Part shown: positions 1-9,047 of the stretch, in pieces | How positions within the stretch are numbered: the first letter of the stretch is position 1 | How the letters are laid out: each line of letters starts with the position of its first letter | Origin: an uncultured delta proteobacterium | GTDB taxonomy: Bacteria; Desulfobacterota; Binatia; UBA9968 | Length of the DNA stretch: 20,413 nucleotides | Direction of reading: 5' to 3' | NCBI GenBank assembly: GCA_963847445.1 | Contig: CAWJZV010000047.1 | Location: 1 to 20,413, forward strand | Notes under the pieces: generated by a model | What the model saw: the letters and a program-made list of their open reading frames with translations, nothing else | Told to the model about the DNA's origin: nothing | Databases searched by the model: none | Made by a program: the position numbers and the translations under genes

Positions 1-773
1 ATTTGCGAGGCGCCGGTTTCGAGACAAATGATTTTCAGATTGGGATGCTTCTCCATGACGCCGCCGCACAGATAGACCATCAAACAGACCATGCTCTCGA
101 TGGTGCGACCGACCATGTGGGAAAAGAAAAAATTGTCGGCGAAGCGTTCGTGGCCCATGGAGCCGGTTTTGGTATCGTGAAAGATGATCGGCGTATTGGT
201 CTTCTCCAGCTCGTCGAAGATCGGATCGAAGTGCGGGTCAGTCCATTCTTTGCCAGGGATCGGCGTCGCTTTGACGTTGAGCGCCTTGCTGCCCAACTCG
301 CGCGAGCGGTGCAGCTCTTTAATCGCTTCCTTGGAATCTTGCAGTGGGATCACCCCGGCCCACATGAGTCGGCCTTTTTGCTGCGACGCGTACCAATTCA
401 TGTAATTGTTCTGCGCCCTGGCGTAGGCCGCCGCAAGCTCGGGATCGTCGGCGAACCAAAGAATGTCGAGTGCCGGCGAGTTGGGCGACAGCACGGCAAC
501 ATCGATGCCGTCCAAGTCCATGTTGCGCACGCGCCCATGCGGCGTCAGATCGGCGGGTGTCACCCATTCTTTCTTTTCGGCTTTTTGCCGGCCAAGCTCG
601 GAGCCGACCATGATTTGATTGCCGACCAGAGTCTTGCGCCGCTCGTTGTCCTTGGTCGGCAGCTTGCGCGGCAGGTATTCTTTATACCTCGCTTCGATGG
701 TTTGGTCCCAGCTCTCCAAGTCGCCGACTAAGTGGCTGTCAAGATCGATCACCTTCATGCCGTCGATTGCCAT
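1..773 (-). CDS. Amidohydrolase family protein (Amidohydro_2-like), 3' end outside the window
   Basis: Missing from the ORF track because it has no stop in the window. Manual translation from ATG 773 (SD AGGAGG upstream): MAIDGMKVIDLDSHLVGD...RVRNMDLDGIDVAVLSP...GRLMWAGVIPLQD...DPHFDPIFDELEKTNTPIIFH...GGVMEKHPNLKIICLETGASQ. These match the typical IDxDxH, D.DGID.AVL and GGV.E.HP.LK...LE.G motifs. Confidence 0.88.
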   Translation of the reverse strand, partial: MAIDGMKVIDLDSHLVGDLESWDQTIEARYKEYLPRKLPTKDNERRKTLVGNQIMVGSELGRQKAEKKEWVTPADLTPHGRVRNMDLDGIDVAVLSPNSPALDILWFADDPELAAAYARAQNNYMNWYASQQKGRLMWAGVIPLQDSKEAIKELHRSRELGSKALNVKATPIPGKEWTDPHFDPIFDELEKTNTPIIFHDTKTGSMGHERFADNFFFSHMVGRTIESMVCLMVYLCGGVMEKHPNLKIICLETGASQ

Positions 774-802
774 GATCTCCTCCTGTTTTTACGTTCCGTC
801 GA

Positions 803-1828
803 TTATTTGACTACGGACTTTACGCCGAATTGCTGATCGAGGAAACCGCTTTTCTCAAACTCGCGCATGAAACTCTCGTCGATCAATTTTTCGAGATTGA
901 GTTCAGCGATCTTGGGATTGCGCAGCTTCATGAAACGTTGAATGTTTTTCAAACCGTCGAGGCCGACGTAAGGCTTGCGCACGACACCGCTGACGTAATC
1001 TTCGTAGCCGTCGGCGGCGGCGCTTTGGTCTTTTATCCCAAGCCGTTTGGACAGAATCTCCATGGAGCTGCTCTTATTGGCCGGATTCAATACGTAGGCG
1101 TGGCCTTCGACCAAACTGCGCAGGACACTTCTCGCGATCGGCGCGTGATTCTGAAGATAATCGGCCTTGAGCACCAATCCCGTGCCTGTGAGTGCAATCT
1201 TGGCCGGCTCGCCGGGAATCCAGTAACCTTTCCTGGCTAGCGTCCGACTAAATATACCCGCCAACGCCCCGCCCTGGATCGTTCCGGTTTCGAGGGCGTT
1301 GCTGATCACTCGTTGGTCGCCAAAGGATGAAAGCTGCATCTTGTCGCGCTCAACGTTGATGCCGATCTGTTCGAGGACCAAGAGCGCCGACATCCAGCCG
1401 GTGCCGCCGATACTGGTGACACCGATGCGCTTGCCCTTCAGATCCGCGGCGGTCTTAATCTCTGGCCGGGTCACCAGTTCACTCTGCACCCGGTCGGCGA
1501 AGGCGGCGATCACTCTGACATCGAGTCCCGCCACCGCCGCACCCAAAGTCGCGGTGCCTCCGGTAAAGCCAAAATGGACATCGCCGGTGTTGAGCGACGC
1601 GATCAAGGTCGGCGAACCTGGGATAAAAACCATCTGGGCATCGATTCCGTTCTTGGCAAAGAACCCTCTGTCCTGGGCAGCCCACAGGGTTAGCACGACG
1701 GAACTCATCGAGGCGTGGCCGATGACGACGCGCGGCCGGCTTTGAGCGTTGACCTCACCCGGCGCCTGCGCGGAAGCGATCAACAATGAGACCAAGAGCA
1801 GTAGTTTGGCTAGGTTAATCATTCTCAT
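803..1828 (-). CDS. ABC-type substrate-binding protein, NMT1/THI5/SsuA-like
   Basis: Signal peptide; AQDRGFFAKNGID and IKTAADLKGKRIGVTSIG motifs; C-terminal IDESF. The start may be ATG 1822. Confidence 0.85.
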   Translation of the reverse strand: MRMINLAKLLLLVSLLIASAQAPGEVNAQSRPRVVIGHASMSSVVLTLWAAQDRGFFAKNGIDAQMVFIPGSPTLIASLNTGDVHFGFTGGTATLGAAVAGLDVRVIAAFADRVQSELVTRPEIKTAADLKGKRIGVTSIGGTGWMSALLVLEQIGINVERDKMQLSSFGDQRVISNALETGTIQGGALAGIFSRTLARKGYWIPGEPAKIALTGTGLVLKADYLQNHAPIARSVLRSLVEGHAYVLNPANKSSSMEILSKRLGIKDQSAAADGYEDYVSGVVRKPYVGLDGLKNIQRFMKLRNPKIAELNLEKLIDESFMREFEKSGFLDQQFGVKSVVK

Positions 1829-1899
1829 CGGATAACAAATCGCTCATGGGGCGTCAAACGTCACGGCGTTTTGCGACAGTTAACGCAGGCGTAAGCCTT

Positions 1900-2877
1900 T
1901 CACAGGCCCAGTTCTTTCTGCGCCTGGCGCACATAGCTGTGGTCCGCGTAGCGATCGGGCGTCGGCAGCGGTTCTTTGAGGATGCCGTCTTTGAACTGGA
2001 TATCGATATTGGCTTTCAATCCTTCAATTGTCACCGAGCCGTCGATGGGAAACACTTTGTTCTTAGTAAAATAATCGACGCCACGCCGGGCATAGGGCGG
2101 CTTGATGCCCATCTCGGCGGTGAATAAGTCGGCGGCTTGGTCCGGGTGTTCGTGGATCCAGCGCAGCGAGCGGATATGCGCCTTCAAGAAGCGCACGACG
2201 TTGGCGCGATTTTTCTCCGCCCAGGATGGGTTCACCGTGAGGCCGTTGAATTGATAGGTCGAGATGACGTCCATGGTGTCGCCCAAGCGCGTGAATCCCT
2301 GGTCGACGGCGATGTCTGAATAGGGAAAACCCAACACCGCGCCGGCGATGACGCCGGTTTCCAACGCGGTCAATCGGCTCACCGTGCCACCGGAGATCAC
2401 GGTCAAGATAAAATCCCGTGGGAAGAACAGCCCCTTGCTCTTCAAAAACTCAAGCAAGATCGAGGTCGCGCCGCCGCGCAAGCTCGACACGCCAAGGCGC
2501 GCGCCTTTGAGGTCTTCGACCCGTTTATAGTTCTTGCCGCCGATGAGAAAGTATGGCGCGGCGTTGTCGACACCGGCGACGACCTTGAGAATCGCCCCTT
2601 TTTCGGCGACGGCGATAACGCTGTCGGCATTGAGGGTGCCGAAATTGATTTCGCCGCTGAGCAGCGCTTGCAGATGAACATCGGTGCGGCCGATGAGAAT
2701 CAGTTCAACCTTGACGTTCTCTTGATTGTAAAAGCCGCGTTTTTGGCCGACGTAAAACGGCAAATAGAAAAGCGTCTTCGAAGTCATGCCGACTTTCAGA
2801 GTTTGGGCGTCGGCAGAAGCATGTAATAAGCCGATGGCGAAAGATATCGCCAAGACGGCGGTTAGGATTCGTTTCAT
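1900..2877 (-). CDS. ABC-type substrate-binding protein, NMT1/THI5/SsuA-like
   Basis: Signal peptide; LPFYVGQKRGFYNQENVKVEL and VEDLKGARLGVSS motifs; SD AGGAGG upstream. Confidence 0.87.
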   Translation of the reverse strand: MKRILTAVLAISFAIGLLHASADAQTLKVGMTSKTLFYLPFYVGQKRGFYNQENVKVELILIGRTDVHLQALLSGEINFGTLNADSVIAVAEKGAILKVVAGVDNAAPYFLIGGKNYKRVEDLKGARLGVSSLRGGATSILLEFLKSKGLFFPRDFILTVISGGTVSRLTALETGVIAGAVLGFPYSDIAVDQGFTRLGDTMDVISTYQFNGLTVNPSWAEKNRANVVRFLKAHIRSLRWIHEHPDQAADLFTAEMGIKPPYARRGVDYFTKNKVFPIDGSVTIEGLKANIDIQFKDGILKEPLPTPDRYADHSYVRQAQKELGL

Positions 2878-2918
2878 CGAGAAATGATCCTCCTGCTTTG
2901 ATCATTGACCGCTGGACG

Positions 2919-2948
2919 ATACTACCCGGCGCCCTAGCGTGATTACAA
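2919..2948 (-). promoter_or_regulatory. Possible sigma70 promoter for the 2877 SBP gene
   Basis: TTGTAA-N18-TAGTAT on the minus strand in the divergent intergenic region. Confidence 0.3.
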
Positions 2949-3015
2949 CTGGAATAAGTTAGCTTGACTTTAAGTGACCAGTGGATGTATGCGCAACTTC
3001 GAAGGGAAACGAATC

Positions 3016-3981
3016 ATGAAAAATTATCTCGCCGCCGCGACCTTACTCGGGTTCGCATGCATCGGGGCAGCCAACTCGCACGCTCAAGGCTATCCCAAGC
3101 AGCCGATCAACCTGATCATTCCCCTCGCCCCTGGTGACGCCACCGATGTCGCCGGGCGAACTATCGGCGAAGGTTTGTCGAAACTGCTCAAAGTCCCGGT
3201 CGTGGCGGTCAACCGTCCTGGTGCCGGCGGCACCATTGGCACCGACAGCGCAGTGAAGGCCGCTAAAGACGGCTACACCATTCTCATCACCAACAATGCC
3301 TCGATGGTCTTCAACCGCGTACTCACGCCGGAGGCGGTGCCCTATGATCCCTATAAAGATCTGACACCGCTGGGCATGGCCGCGCGCACGCCGATTGTTT
3401 TAGCGGTGCATAAAGACACGCCATTCAAAAATTTCGCTGAGATGATCGAGTATGGCAAAAAGAACCCTGGCGGGATTCGTATCGGCACCGTCGGTCCCGG
3501 CTCGGTCGGCCATTTCACGGTCGAGATTGTCAATTCGATCAGCCCCGCCGACATGACGATGATCCCATTCAAAGGCGCCGGCCCCGGCGTAACTGCTGCG
3601 CTCGGCGGCCATATCGAGGGTGCCGCCGTGGCCCAGGGCGTTGTTGCCGAGCATCTCAAGGCCGGCACCATGCGCGGCATCGTCGCGTCGAGCAAGATGC
3701 CCGAGTTTCCGCAGATCCCGACGCTCGCACAGCTCGGTTACAAACAAAATCTCTTGGGGGTCTGGTCGGCGTTCTTCGCCCCTGCCGGAGTGTCAGCGGA
3801 TGTGTCGAAAATACTGATCGCCGCCCTGGAGAAGGTCATCAAAGATCCCAACGTGGCAACGCGCCTAGGCAACCTCGGCATGGTCGCGGATTATGAATCG
3901 CCCGACAAACTAATAGCTGAAATACGCGAAGAACATCGCGCCGTGGAACAGATTGCCAAGAAAGCTGGGTTGATTAAATAG
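3016..3981 (+). CDS. Tripartite tricarboxylate transporter substrate-binding protein (TctC/Bug family)
   Basis: YPKQPINLIIPLAPGDATDVAGR, VVAVNRPGAGGTIG, AAKDGYTIL, IPFKGAGP and PEFPQIPTLAQLGY motifs. ATG 3016 (after GAAGGG) is preferred over the GTG at 2974. Confidence 0.92.
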   Translation: MKNYLAAATLLGFACIGAANSHAQGYPKQPINLIIPLAPGDATDVAGRTIGEGLSKLLKVPVVAVNRPGAGGTIGTDSAVKAAKDGYTILITNNASMVFNRVLTPEAVPYDPYKDLTPLGMAARTPIVLAVHKDTPFKNFAEMIEYGKKNPGGIRIGTVGPGSVGHFTVEIVNSISPADMTMIPFKGAGPGVTAALGGHIEGAAVAQGVVAEHLKAGTMRGIVASSKMPEFPQIPTLAQLGYKQNLLGVWSAFFAPAGVSADVSKILIAALEKVIKDPNVATRLGNLGMVADYESPDKLIAEIREEHRAVEQIAKKAGLIK

Positions 3982-4010
3982 CCCTAACTGCACCGACAGG
4001 TTCACGATTC

Positions 4011-4039
4011 AAAAAAAGACCATCGCCTAACAGCGATTC
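4011..4039 (-). terminator. Possible intrinsic terminator for minus-strand transcripts
   Basis: Minus strand GAATCGC-TGTTAG-GCGATGGTC followed by T7. The stem is short. Confidence 0.45.
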
Positions 4040-4079
4040 AACCTGCATAGGCGCGTTGAATTCTAATTCGTGACGACCG

Positions 4080-4150
4080 TCACAGACTCAGCCGCTTCAC
4101 GGCATTCTCGACGAGGATGTTCTTCTTCTGTTTGGCGGTCAAATTAGACT
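4080..4150 (-). pseudogene. 3'-terminal relic of an amidohydrolase gene
   Basis: Reads SNLTAKQKKNILVENAVKRLSL*. This fits the Amidohydro_2 C-terminal helix pattern (L...QK..IL..NA..L) and aligns with the relic at 19039-19110 (LAAKQKDNILGDDAAKR). Confidence 0.6.
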
Positions 4151-4204
4151 TCGTGGTTGTTCGGGTTAATGTTTGGAAAACAAACACCATGGCAAATGCC
4201 AGCC

Positions 4205-4265
4205 GTCTAACGGTTTGGGTGAGAGGCCGCAGGCCGCCACGGCCTTCTCCACCCGGTGGTTAGCT
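4205..4265 (-). mobile_element. Integron attC site (61 bp)
   Basis: Minus strand: R'' AGCTAAC, 5-nt spacer, L'' GGTGGAGA, central GGCCG...CGGCC stem, L' TCTCACC, 6-nt spacer, R' GTTAGAC. L'' has one extra base and a second unpaired base follows it. The stop codon of the upstream ORF lies inside R''. Confidence 0.85.
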
Positions 4266-4433
4266 TCCGGTAGGTTTTAGCCGCAGTTTGGGTGGACGAG
4301 ATACGACCGGGTGATCGGAATCTTTTTCCTTCTTCTTCAGGTCGGTACAGATCGCCGATAAGTCATAGTTGAATTTTGCCGCATGGGCTTCTCTTATCTT
4401 GCGAACTTCATCCACTATGGGATCTGATTTCAT
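4260..4433 (-). CDS. Small hypothetical protein (57 aa), putative antitoxin partner of the PIN protein
   Basis: Absent from the ORF track. MKSDPIVDEVRKIREAHAAKFNYDLSAICTDLKKKEKDSDHPVVSRPPKLRLKPTGS*. ATGA overlap with the PIN stop; SD GGAGGTG upstream; TAA inside the attC R'' box. Confidence 0.8.
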   Translation of the reverse strand: MKSDPIVDEVRKIREAHAAKFNYDLSAICTDLKKKEKDSDHPVVSRPPKLRLKPTGS

Positions 4434-4909
4434 GGCTCACCACCTCCTAACTCTTCGGGTGAACAAATCACAGGGCTCTCAAACCCTGCCGCTTCAATGA
4501 TAGTCCCGATTCGTGCTTTCATCTCGGCGTTGTTGATATGGCGGAAGTTCCAAGTCAAGAGAAAATCCATCCCGTGCACGGTTGCCAGTGAAATATGCAG
4601 CGCGTCTTCGGGACTCGATAGAGGTATCGCTCCTTCCTCCAACAGGCGTTTGCCTAATTGTTCGGCAGCGTCGTTAATCTCCAAAATGGGAAGCCCGGAT
4701 ATGGCTGCCAAGCGCCTTTGAGCTGCTTCAGTACTGCCGCTCTTCGCCTCCTCCACCACGAGTACCGAGACGTAAAGATCAAACCTGTCTCGAGCGTCCT
4801 GCCACCATTCTTGCGTGAGGGTCTGGCGGGCAGCAGTTACGATATCTCGACTCGACCGAGCTGTGTAATAGCTAATGACCGAGGTTTCAACGTAGACGGA
4901 AGACGGCAT
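4430..4909 (-). CDS. PIN-domain protein (VapC-like type II toxin)
   Basis: N-terminal VYVETSVISY, central SVLVVEE, and EDALHISLA...DFLLTWNFRH acidic PIN motifs. Confidence 0.87.
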   Translation of the reverse strand: MPSSVYVETSVISYYTARSSRDIVTAARQTLTQEWWQDARDRFDLYVSVLVVEEAKSGSTEAAQRRLAAISGLPILEINDAAEQLGKRLLEEGAIPLSSPEDALHISLATVHGMDFLLTWNFRHINNAEMKARIGTIIEAAGFESPVICSPEELGGGEP

Positions 4910-4919
4910 GACTAGACGT

Positions 4920-4928
4920 AGTGTATCA
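4920..4928 (-). promoter_or_regulatory. Possible extended -10 promoter inside the cassette
   Basis: TGA-TACACT (TGn-TAnnnT) ending 10 nt upstream of the PIN ATG. No clear -35 box or SD. Confidence 0.35.
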
Positions 4929-4943
4929 ACAACGATTCTCCGA

Positions 4944-5026
4944 AGCTAACGCGAAGGCTGAGCGGACGAGGCCAGCGAGCAATGCGAACGGGCCGCAGAT
5001 CATCCGTTTCAAGCCGTTGGTTAGGC
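4944..5026 (-). mobile_element. Integron attC site (83 bp)
   Basis: Minus strand: R'' GCCTAAC, spacer CAACG, L'' GCTTGAAA, CGGATGA...TCGTCCG stem, L' GCTCAGC, spacer CTTCGC, R' GTTAGCT. This R' is the exact reverse complement of the R'' of the next attC (AGCTAAC). Confidence 0.82.
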
Positions 5027-5161
5027 CACTCTGCATGAAGTTACCATACTTCAATGTCACCACGGCCTCTAAAGCCAACTAATAGCGAAGACGGAGGAGG
5101 GTTGGTGGACCGTCGGCCTTTGGTGCGCTCGGCGCTGCCGCATTGCACAGGAATTTATCCG

Positions 5162-5776
5162 TCAGCCTGTCGCCAGCCCCTGCTTTTCCAAAAACGCGAT
5201 CACGCCGGCAACCCCTTCGCCGGTTTTCAGATTGGTAAACAGAAACGGTTTGTCGCCGCGCATCTTTTTCGCGTCGCGATCCATCACTTCGAGCGAGGCG
5301 CCGACCAGTGGTGCGAGGTCGACTTTGTTGATGATCAATAGATCGCTCTTGGTGATGCCGGGGCCGCCCTTACGGGGAATCTTGTCGCCGGCGGCGACAT
5401 CGATGACGTAGATCGTCACATCAGCCAGTTCGGGACTGAAGCTCGCCGCTAAGTTATCGCCGCCCGACTCGATAAAAATCACATCCAGATTGGCGAATCG
5501 GCGGCACAGCCGGTCCACCGCTTCGAGGTTGATCGAGGCGTCTTCGCGAATTGCGGTATGAGGGCAGCCGCCGGTTTCAACCCCAAGGATGCGCTCGGCC
5601 GGTAGCGCCTGGTGTCGTACCAGGAACTGGGCGTCCTCTTCGGTGTAAATATCGTTGGTGACCACCGCGAGATCGTAGCGCTCGCGCAGGGCGCGGCAGA
5701 GCTCGAGGATCAGCGCGGTCTTGCCCGAGCCGACCGGCCCGCCAATGCCGACGGAGAGAGGTTGCGATAATTTCAT
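5162..5776 (-). CDS. ureG: Urease accessory GTPase UreG
   Basis: [10 protein letters not shown]-loop, [22 protein letters not shown] and NKVD motifs. Confidence 0.98.
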   Translation of the reverse strand: MKLSQPLSVGIGGPVGSGKTALILELCRALRERYDLAVVTNDIYTEEDAQFLVRHQALPAERILGVETGGCPHTAIREDASINLEAVDRLCRRFANLDVIFIESGGDNLAASFSPELADVTIYVIDVAAGDKIPRKGGPGITKSDLLIINKVDLAPLVGASLEVMDRDAKKMRGDKPFLFTNLKTGEGVAGVIAFLEKQGLATG

Positions 5777-5784
5777 ATGAGTTG

Positions 5785-6474
5785 TTAGGAACGAAACAAC
5801 CGCGAATATTGCGTCTCGTGCCGGCTCGACAGTAGCGCCAAGCGCGGTGTGAACGTGCCGATGTCGTCGTCGCTAACTGTCGACGCCTGGGCAACGACGG
5901 CGGCGAGACGGTCGCCGATGGCGAGCAGCATCCGTTGTCCGTCGGTTTGTCCCAGGGGCACAATCTTGAGCGCAGCCATAACCTGATTCTCCGCCCATGA
6001 CCAGAGATAGGCCGAAAGCGCCGCCGCCGGCGGTAGGTTCCACGAGCCCACGGCTAATGCGAAAGCGCTGGGAAAGGAAACCTCACCCAACTCGTTTACG
6101 AACGTAAGCGCATCTGCATCGATGCCGTCCAATTGGTTCAACAGCCGCGCCAGTGAGAATCCCATCTGCACCGTCTCGGCGCGCAGCTCGGCAGTCTCGC
6201 GGCTGGCGAGAATTAAATCGTTCCAATGTTGCACCGCGGCGAAATTTTCCGACCGCCACGCGTCGATCAAACGCAACAATACTGGCGCTTCCATGGACGC
6301 CATAGAATAGCTAAGCAGATCGATGATCCAAGCCTGCGCCGACTTTTGATCGTGCACGACACCGGCTTCCACTGCGGCTTCCAGGCCATGGGAATAGCTG
6401 AATGCGCCGACCGGCAAAACGGGACTGCTCAGTTGCAGCAAACGCACCAGTTCGCGACCGTTATCAAGATTCAT
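5785..6474 (-). CDS. ureF: Urease accessory protein UreF
   Basis: [34 protein letters not shown] and C-terminal [11 protein letters not shown]. Confidence 0.97.
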   Translation of the reverse strand: MNLDNGRELVRLLQLSSPVLPVGAFSYSHGLEAAVEAGVVHDQKSAQAWIIDLLSYSMASMEAPVLLRLIDAWRSENFAAVQHWNDLILASRETAELRAETVQMGFSLARLLNQLDGIDADALTFVNELGEVSFPSAFALAVGSWNLPPAAALSAYLWSWAENQVMAALKIVPLGQTDGQRMLLAIGDRLAAVVAQASTVSDDDIGTFTPRLALLSSRHETQYSRLFRS

Positions 6475-6977
6475 TTGCTGCTCGCAACCGGCTCCGGGCC
6501 ATATTCATGGATGCGGCCGGGTCGGCCTGTCTCTTCGCCGTGACGATGGCCATGGGCGTAGGCGCCCGCCTCGGGTTCGAACGGGGCAATCACGCGGCGT
6601 ACCGTCGCGCCGAGACCGAGCAGCATTTTTTCGAGCACCGGGTCCTCGGCGATGCGGAGGAAACCATCGCCCACTTGGGCAGCGACATGGCGATTGCCCA
6701 AATGATACGCCAGCCTTGGCAACTCGCTCGGATGGCTCGACTCGATCTGTAAAAGACTCTCCGGCGCGGCGATGACTTCGATCAACGCACCGTCGCTGGC
6801 ACGCAGCACTTCGCCGCCGCGCAAGATCGGCCCGCGCGGCAAGCGCACCAATGCTTCCTCACCGGATCGCAGCCTGCTGCTGAATTGGCGTTTTTGGCGC
6901 GCCGCGAAACTCAGTTCAAGCTGCCCCGCCAGCGGCGCGCCGCGGTTCGATTCACTTCTTTCGCTGATCTCGATCAT
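6471..6977 (-). CDS. ureE: Urease accessory nickel metallochaperone UreE
   Basis: LAYHLGNRH and PFEPEAGAY motifs, short His-rich tail; TGATG coupling to ureC. Confidence 0.96.
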   Translation of the reverse strand: MIEISERSESNRGAPLAGQLELSFAARQKRQFSSRLRSGEEALVRLPRGPILRGGEVLRASDGALIEVIAAPESLLQIESSHPSELPRLAYHLGNRHVAAQVGDGFLRIAEDPVLEKMLLGLGATVRRVIAPFEPEAGAYAHGHRHGEETGRPGRIHEYGPEPVASSK

Positions 6978-8675
6978 CAGAATAGAAAATAACGTTGCGC
7001 CAGCGGCAACTCCCGCGCCGCTTCGCAGACTAGCAGCTCGCCGTCGGCGCGCACCTGATAAGTCTCCGGGTCGACGTCGATCTTGGGCTGATAGTCATTG
7101 TGGATCATATCTTTCTTGCGCAGTTTGCGGGTGCCCTTCACCGCCACCAGCGGTTTGGATAATTGCAGTTTTTGCAGTGCCGGATTTTTGCGACCCGCTT
7201 GCGAGACGAAAATCACCGAACTATTGAGCCCCTTGCCGAAGGCGCCGAACATGGGCCGGTAGTGCACCGGCTGAGGCGTCGGAATTGACGCATTGGGATC
7301 ACCCATGGCCGCCGCGGCGATCATGCCGCCTTTGAGTATCAGCGCCGGCTTGACGCCAAAAAATGCCGGCTTCCACAGCACCAGATCGGCGAGCTTGCCT
7401 GCTTCCACCGAGCCGACCAGATGCGCCATGCCGTGGGTGAGCGCAGGATTGATCGTGTACTTGGCAGATGTAGCGTTTGACCCGCTGGTTGTCGTTTCTA
7501 TCGGAATCGCCTTTGAGCGCACCGCGCTGCACTTTCATTTTGTGCGCGGTTTGCCAGGTGCGGATGATCACCTCGCCGACCCGCCCCATCGCCTGGGAGT
7601 CCGACGACATCATCGAAAACGCGCCGAGATCGTGCAGGATATCCTCGGCGGCGATGGTTTCCTTGCGGATGCGCGACTCGGCGAACGCCATATCCTCGGC
7701 GATGCTCGAATCGAGATGGTGGCACACCATCAGCATGTCAAGATGTTCGGCGATGGTGTTGACCGTGTATGGCCGGGTCGGATTGGTCGAAGACGGCAAG
7801 ACGTTGGGCTCGCCGCAGACTTTTATGATGTCCGGCGCGTGGCCGCCGCCGGCGCCCTCGGTGTGAAAGGTGTGAATCGTCCGGCCTTTAAACGCTTTGA
7901 TGGTCGCCTCGACGAAGCCCGATTCGTTCAATGTGTCGGTGTGAATCGCCACTTGGACGTCGAGCTTATCGGCCACCGTCAGACAATTATCGATGGCCGC
8001 CGGCGTCGTGCCCCAATCTTCGTGCAGCTTCAAACCGATGGCGCCGGCTTTGACTTGCTCGATGAGCGGCTGCGGCAAGCTCGCGTTGCCCTTGCCGAAG
8101 AAGCCGAGATTCATCGGAAACGCCTCGGCCGCACCGATCATCGATTGGATATGCCAGGGACCCGGCGTGCATGTGGTGGCGTAAGTCCCGGTCGCCGGAC
8201 CGGTGCCGCCGCCGAGCATGGTGGTGACCCCCGACATCAAGGCGTCGTCGATCTGCTGCGGGCAGATGAAATGAATATGCGAATCGATGGCGCCGGCGGT
8301 GACGATCTTGCCCTCGCCGGCGATTACCTCAGTTGCCGCGCCGATGGGGATCGTCACGCCGGGCTGAATGTCGGGGTTGCCGGCCTTGCCGATTTTCCAA
8401 ATGCGGCCGTTCTTGATGCCGATATCGGCTTTGACAATTCCCCAGTGGTCGATAATCAGCGCATTGGTGATGACGGTATCGGCCACCTTTGCCGAGCCCA
8501 GCTGGCTTTGCCCCATGCCGTCGCGAATGACTTTGCCGCCGCCAAACTTCACTTCCTCGCCGTAGGTGGTGAAATCCTTCTCGACTTCGATCCACAGCTC
8601 GGTATCGGCAAGGCGCACCCGGTCGCCCACCGTCGGACCGAACATTTCCGCGTAGGCATGGCGGTCGATCTTCAT
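6977..8675 (-). CDS. ureC: Urease alpha subunit UreC (565 aa once one extra base at ~7466 is removed)
   Basis: [45 protein letters not shown] motifs and C-terminal [21 protein letters not shown] is split between two frames (ATC T GCC). Confidence 0.96.
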
Positions 8676-8983
8676 TTAAGCGCTCCCATGACCCTGGCGT
8701 TGAAGCCATAAATCTTTCGCTCCCCTGCCACCGCGACCAGCTCCACCGTGCGGCTCTGGCCGGGTTCGAAGCGCACCGCCGTGCCGGCGGCGATATTCAA
8801 GCGAAAGCCGCGGCTTTTCTTGCGATCGAACTTGAGCGCTTCATTGGTCTCAAAAAAATGATAGTGCGAGCCGACCTGAATCGGCCGGTCGCCGCTGTTG
8901 GTGACTTCCAAGGTCAGCGTCCGTCTGCCTTTGTTGATCTCGATCTCACCTTCGGCCACTTTCATTTCACCTGGTATCATCAT
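8672..8983 (-). CDS. ureB: Urease beta subunit UreB
   Basis: [22 protein letters not shown] and [15 protein letters not shown] motifs. Confidence 0.98.
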   Translation of the reverse strand: MMIPGEMKVAEGEIEINKGRRTLTLEVTNSGDRPIQVGSHYHFFETNEALKFDRKKSRGFRLNIAAGTAVRFEPGQSRTVELVAVAGERKIYGFNARVMGALK

Positions 8984-8992
8984 CTCTCCTCA

Positions 8993-9037
8993 AACGATTT
9001 GAACGACTTGAACGGATGGAACGATTGGAACGGAGCC
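8993..9037. repeat. Degenerate 9-bp tandem repeat, 5 units
   Basis: aacgatttg aacgacttg aacggatgg aacgattgg aacggagcc. Confidence 0.75.
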
Positions 9038-9047
9038 GATCTTTATT

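Noticed and set aside
3-731. 242-aa plus-strand ORF
   Set aside because: Antisense shadow of the minus-strand amidohydrolase, which has family motifs and an SD.
4025-4073. Possible third attC (GTTAGGC with a TTCAAC/GTTGAA stem on the minus strand)
   Set aside because: No R'' box ending in AAC that is complementary to the preceding R' (GTTAGAC). The GTTAG lies in the loop of a hairpin followed by T7, better explained as a terminator. A degenerate attC is not fully excluded.
7460-7475. Programmed frameshift or naturally split ureC
   Set aside because: No slippery heptamer; removing one base restores the conserved [11 protein letters not shown].
7293-8711. 472-aa plus-strand ORF and the other plus-strand ORFs across ure/urt
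   Set aside because: Antisense to conserved genes; expected from GC-rich codon bias; no recognisable motifs.
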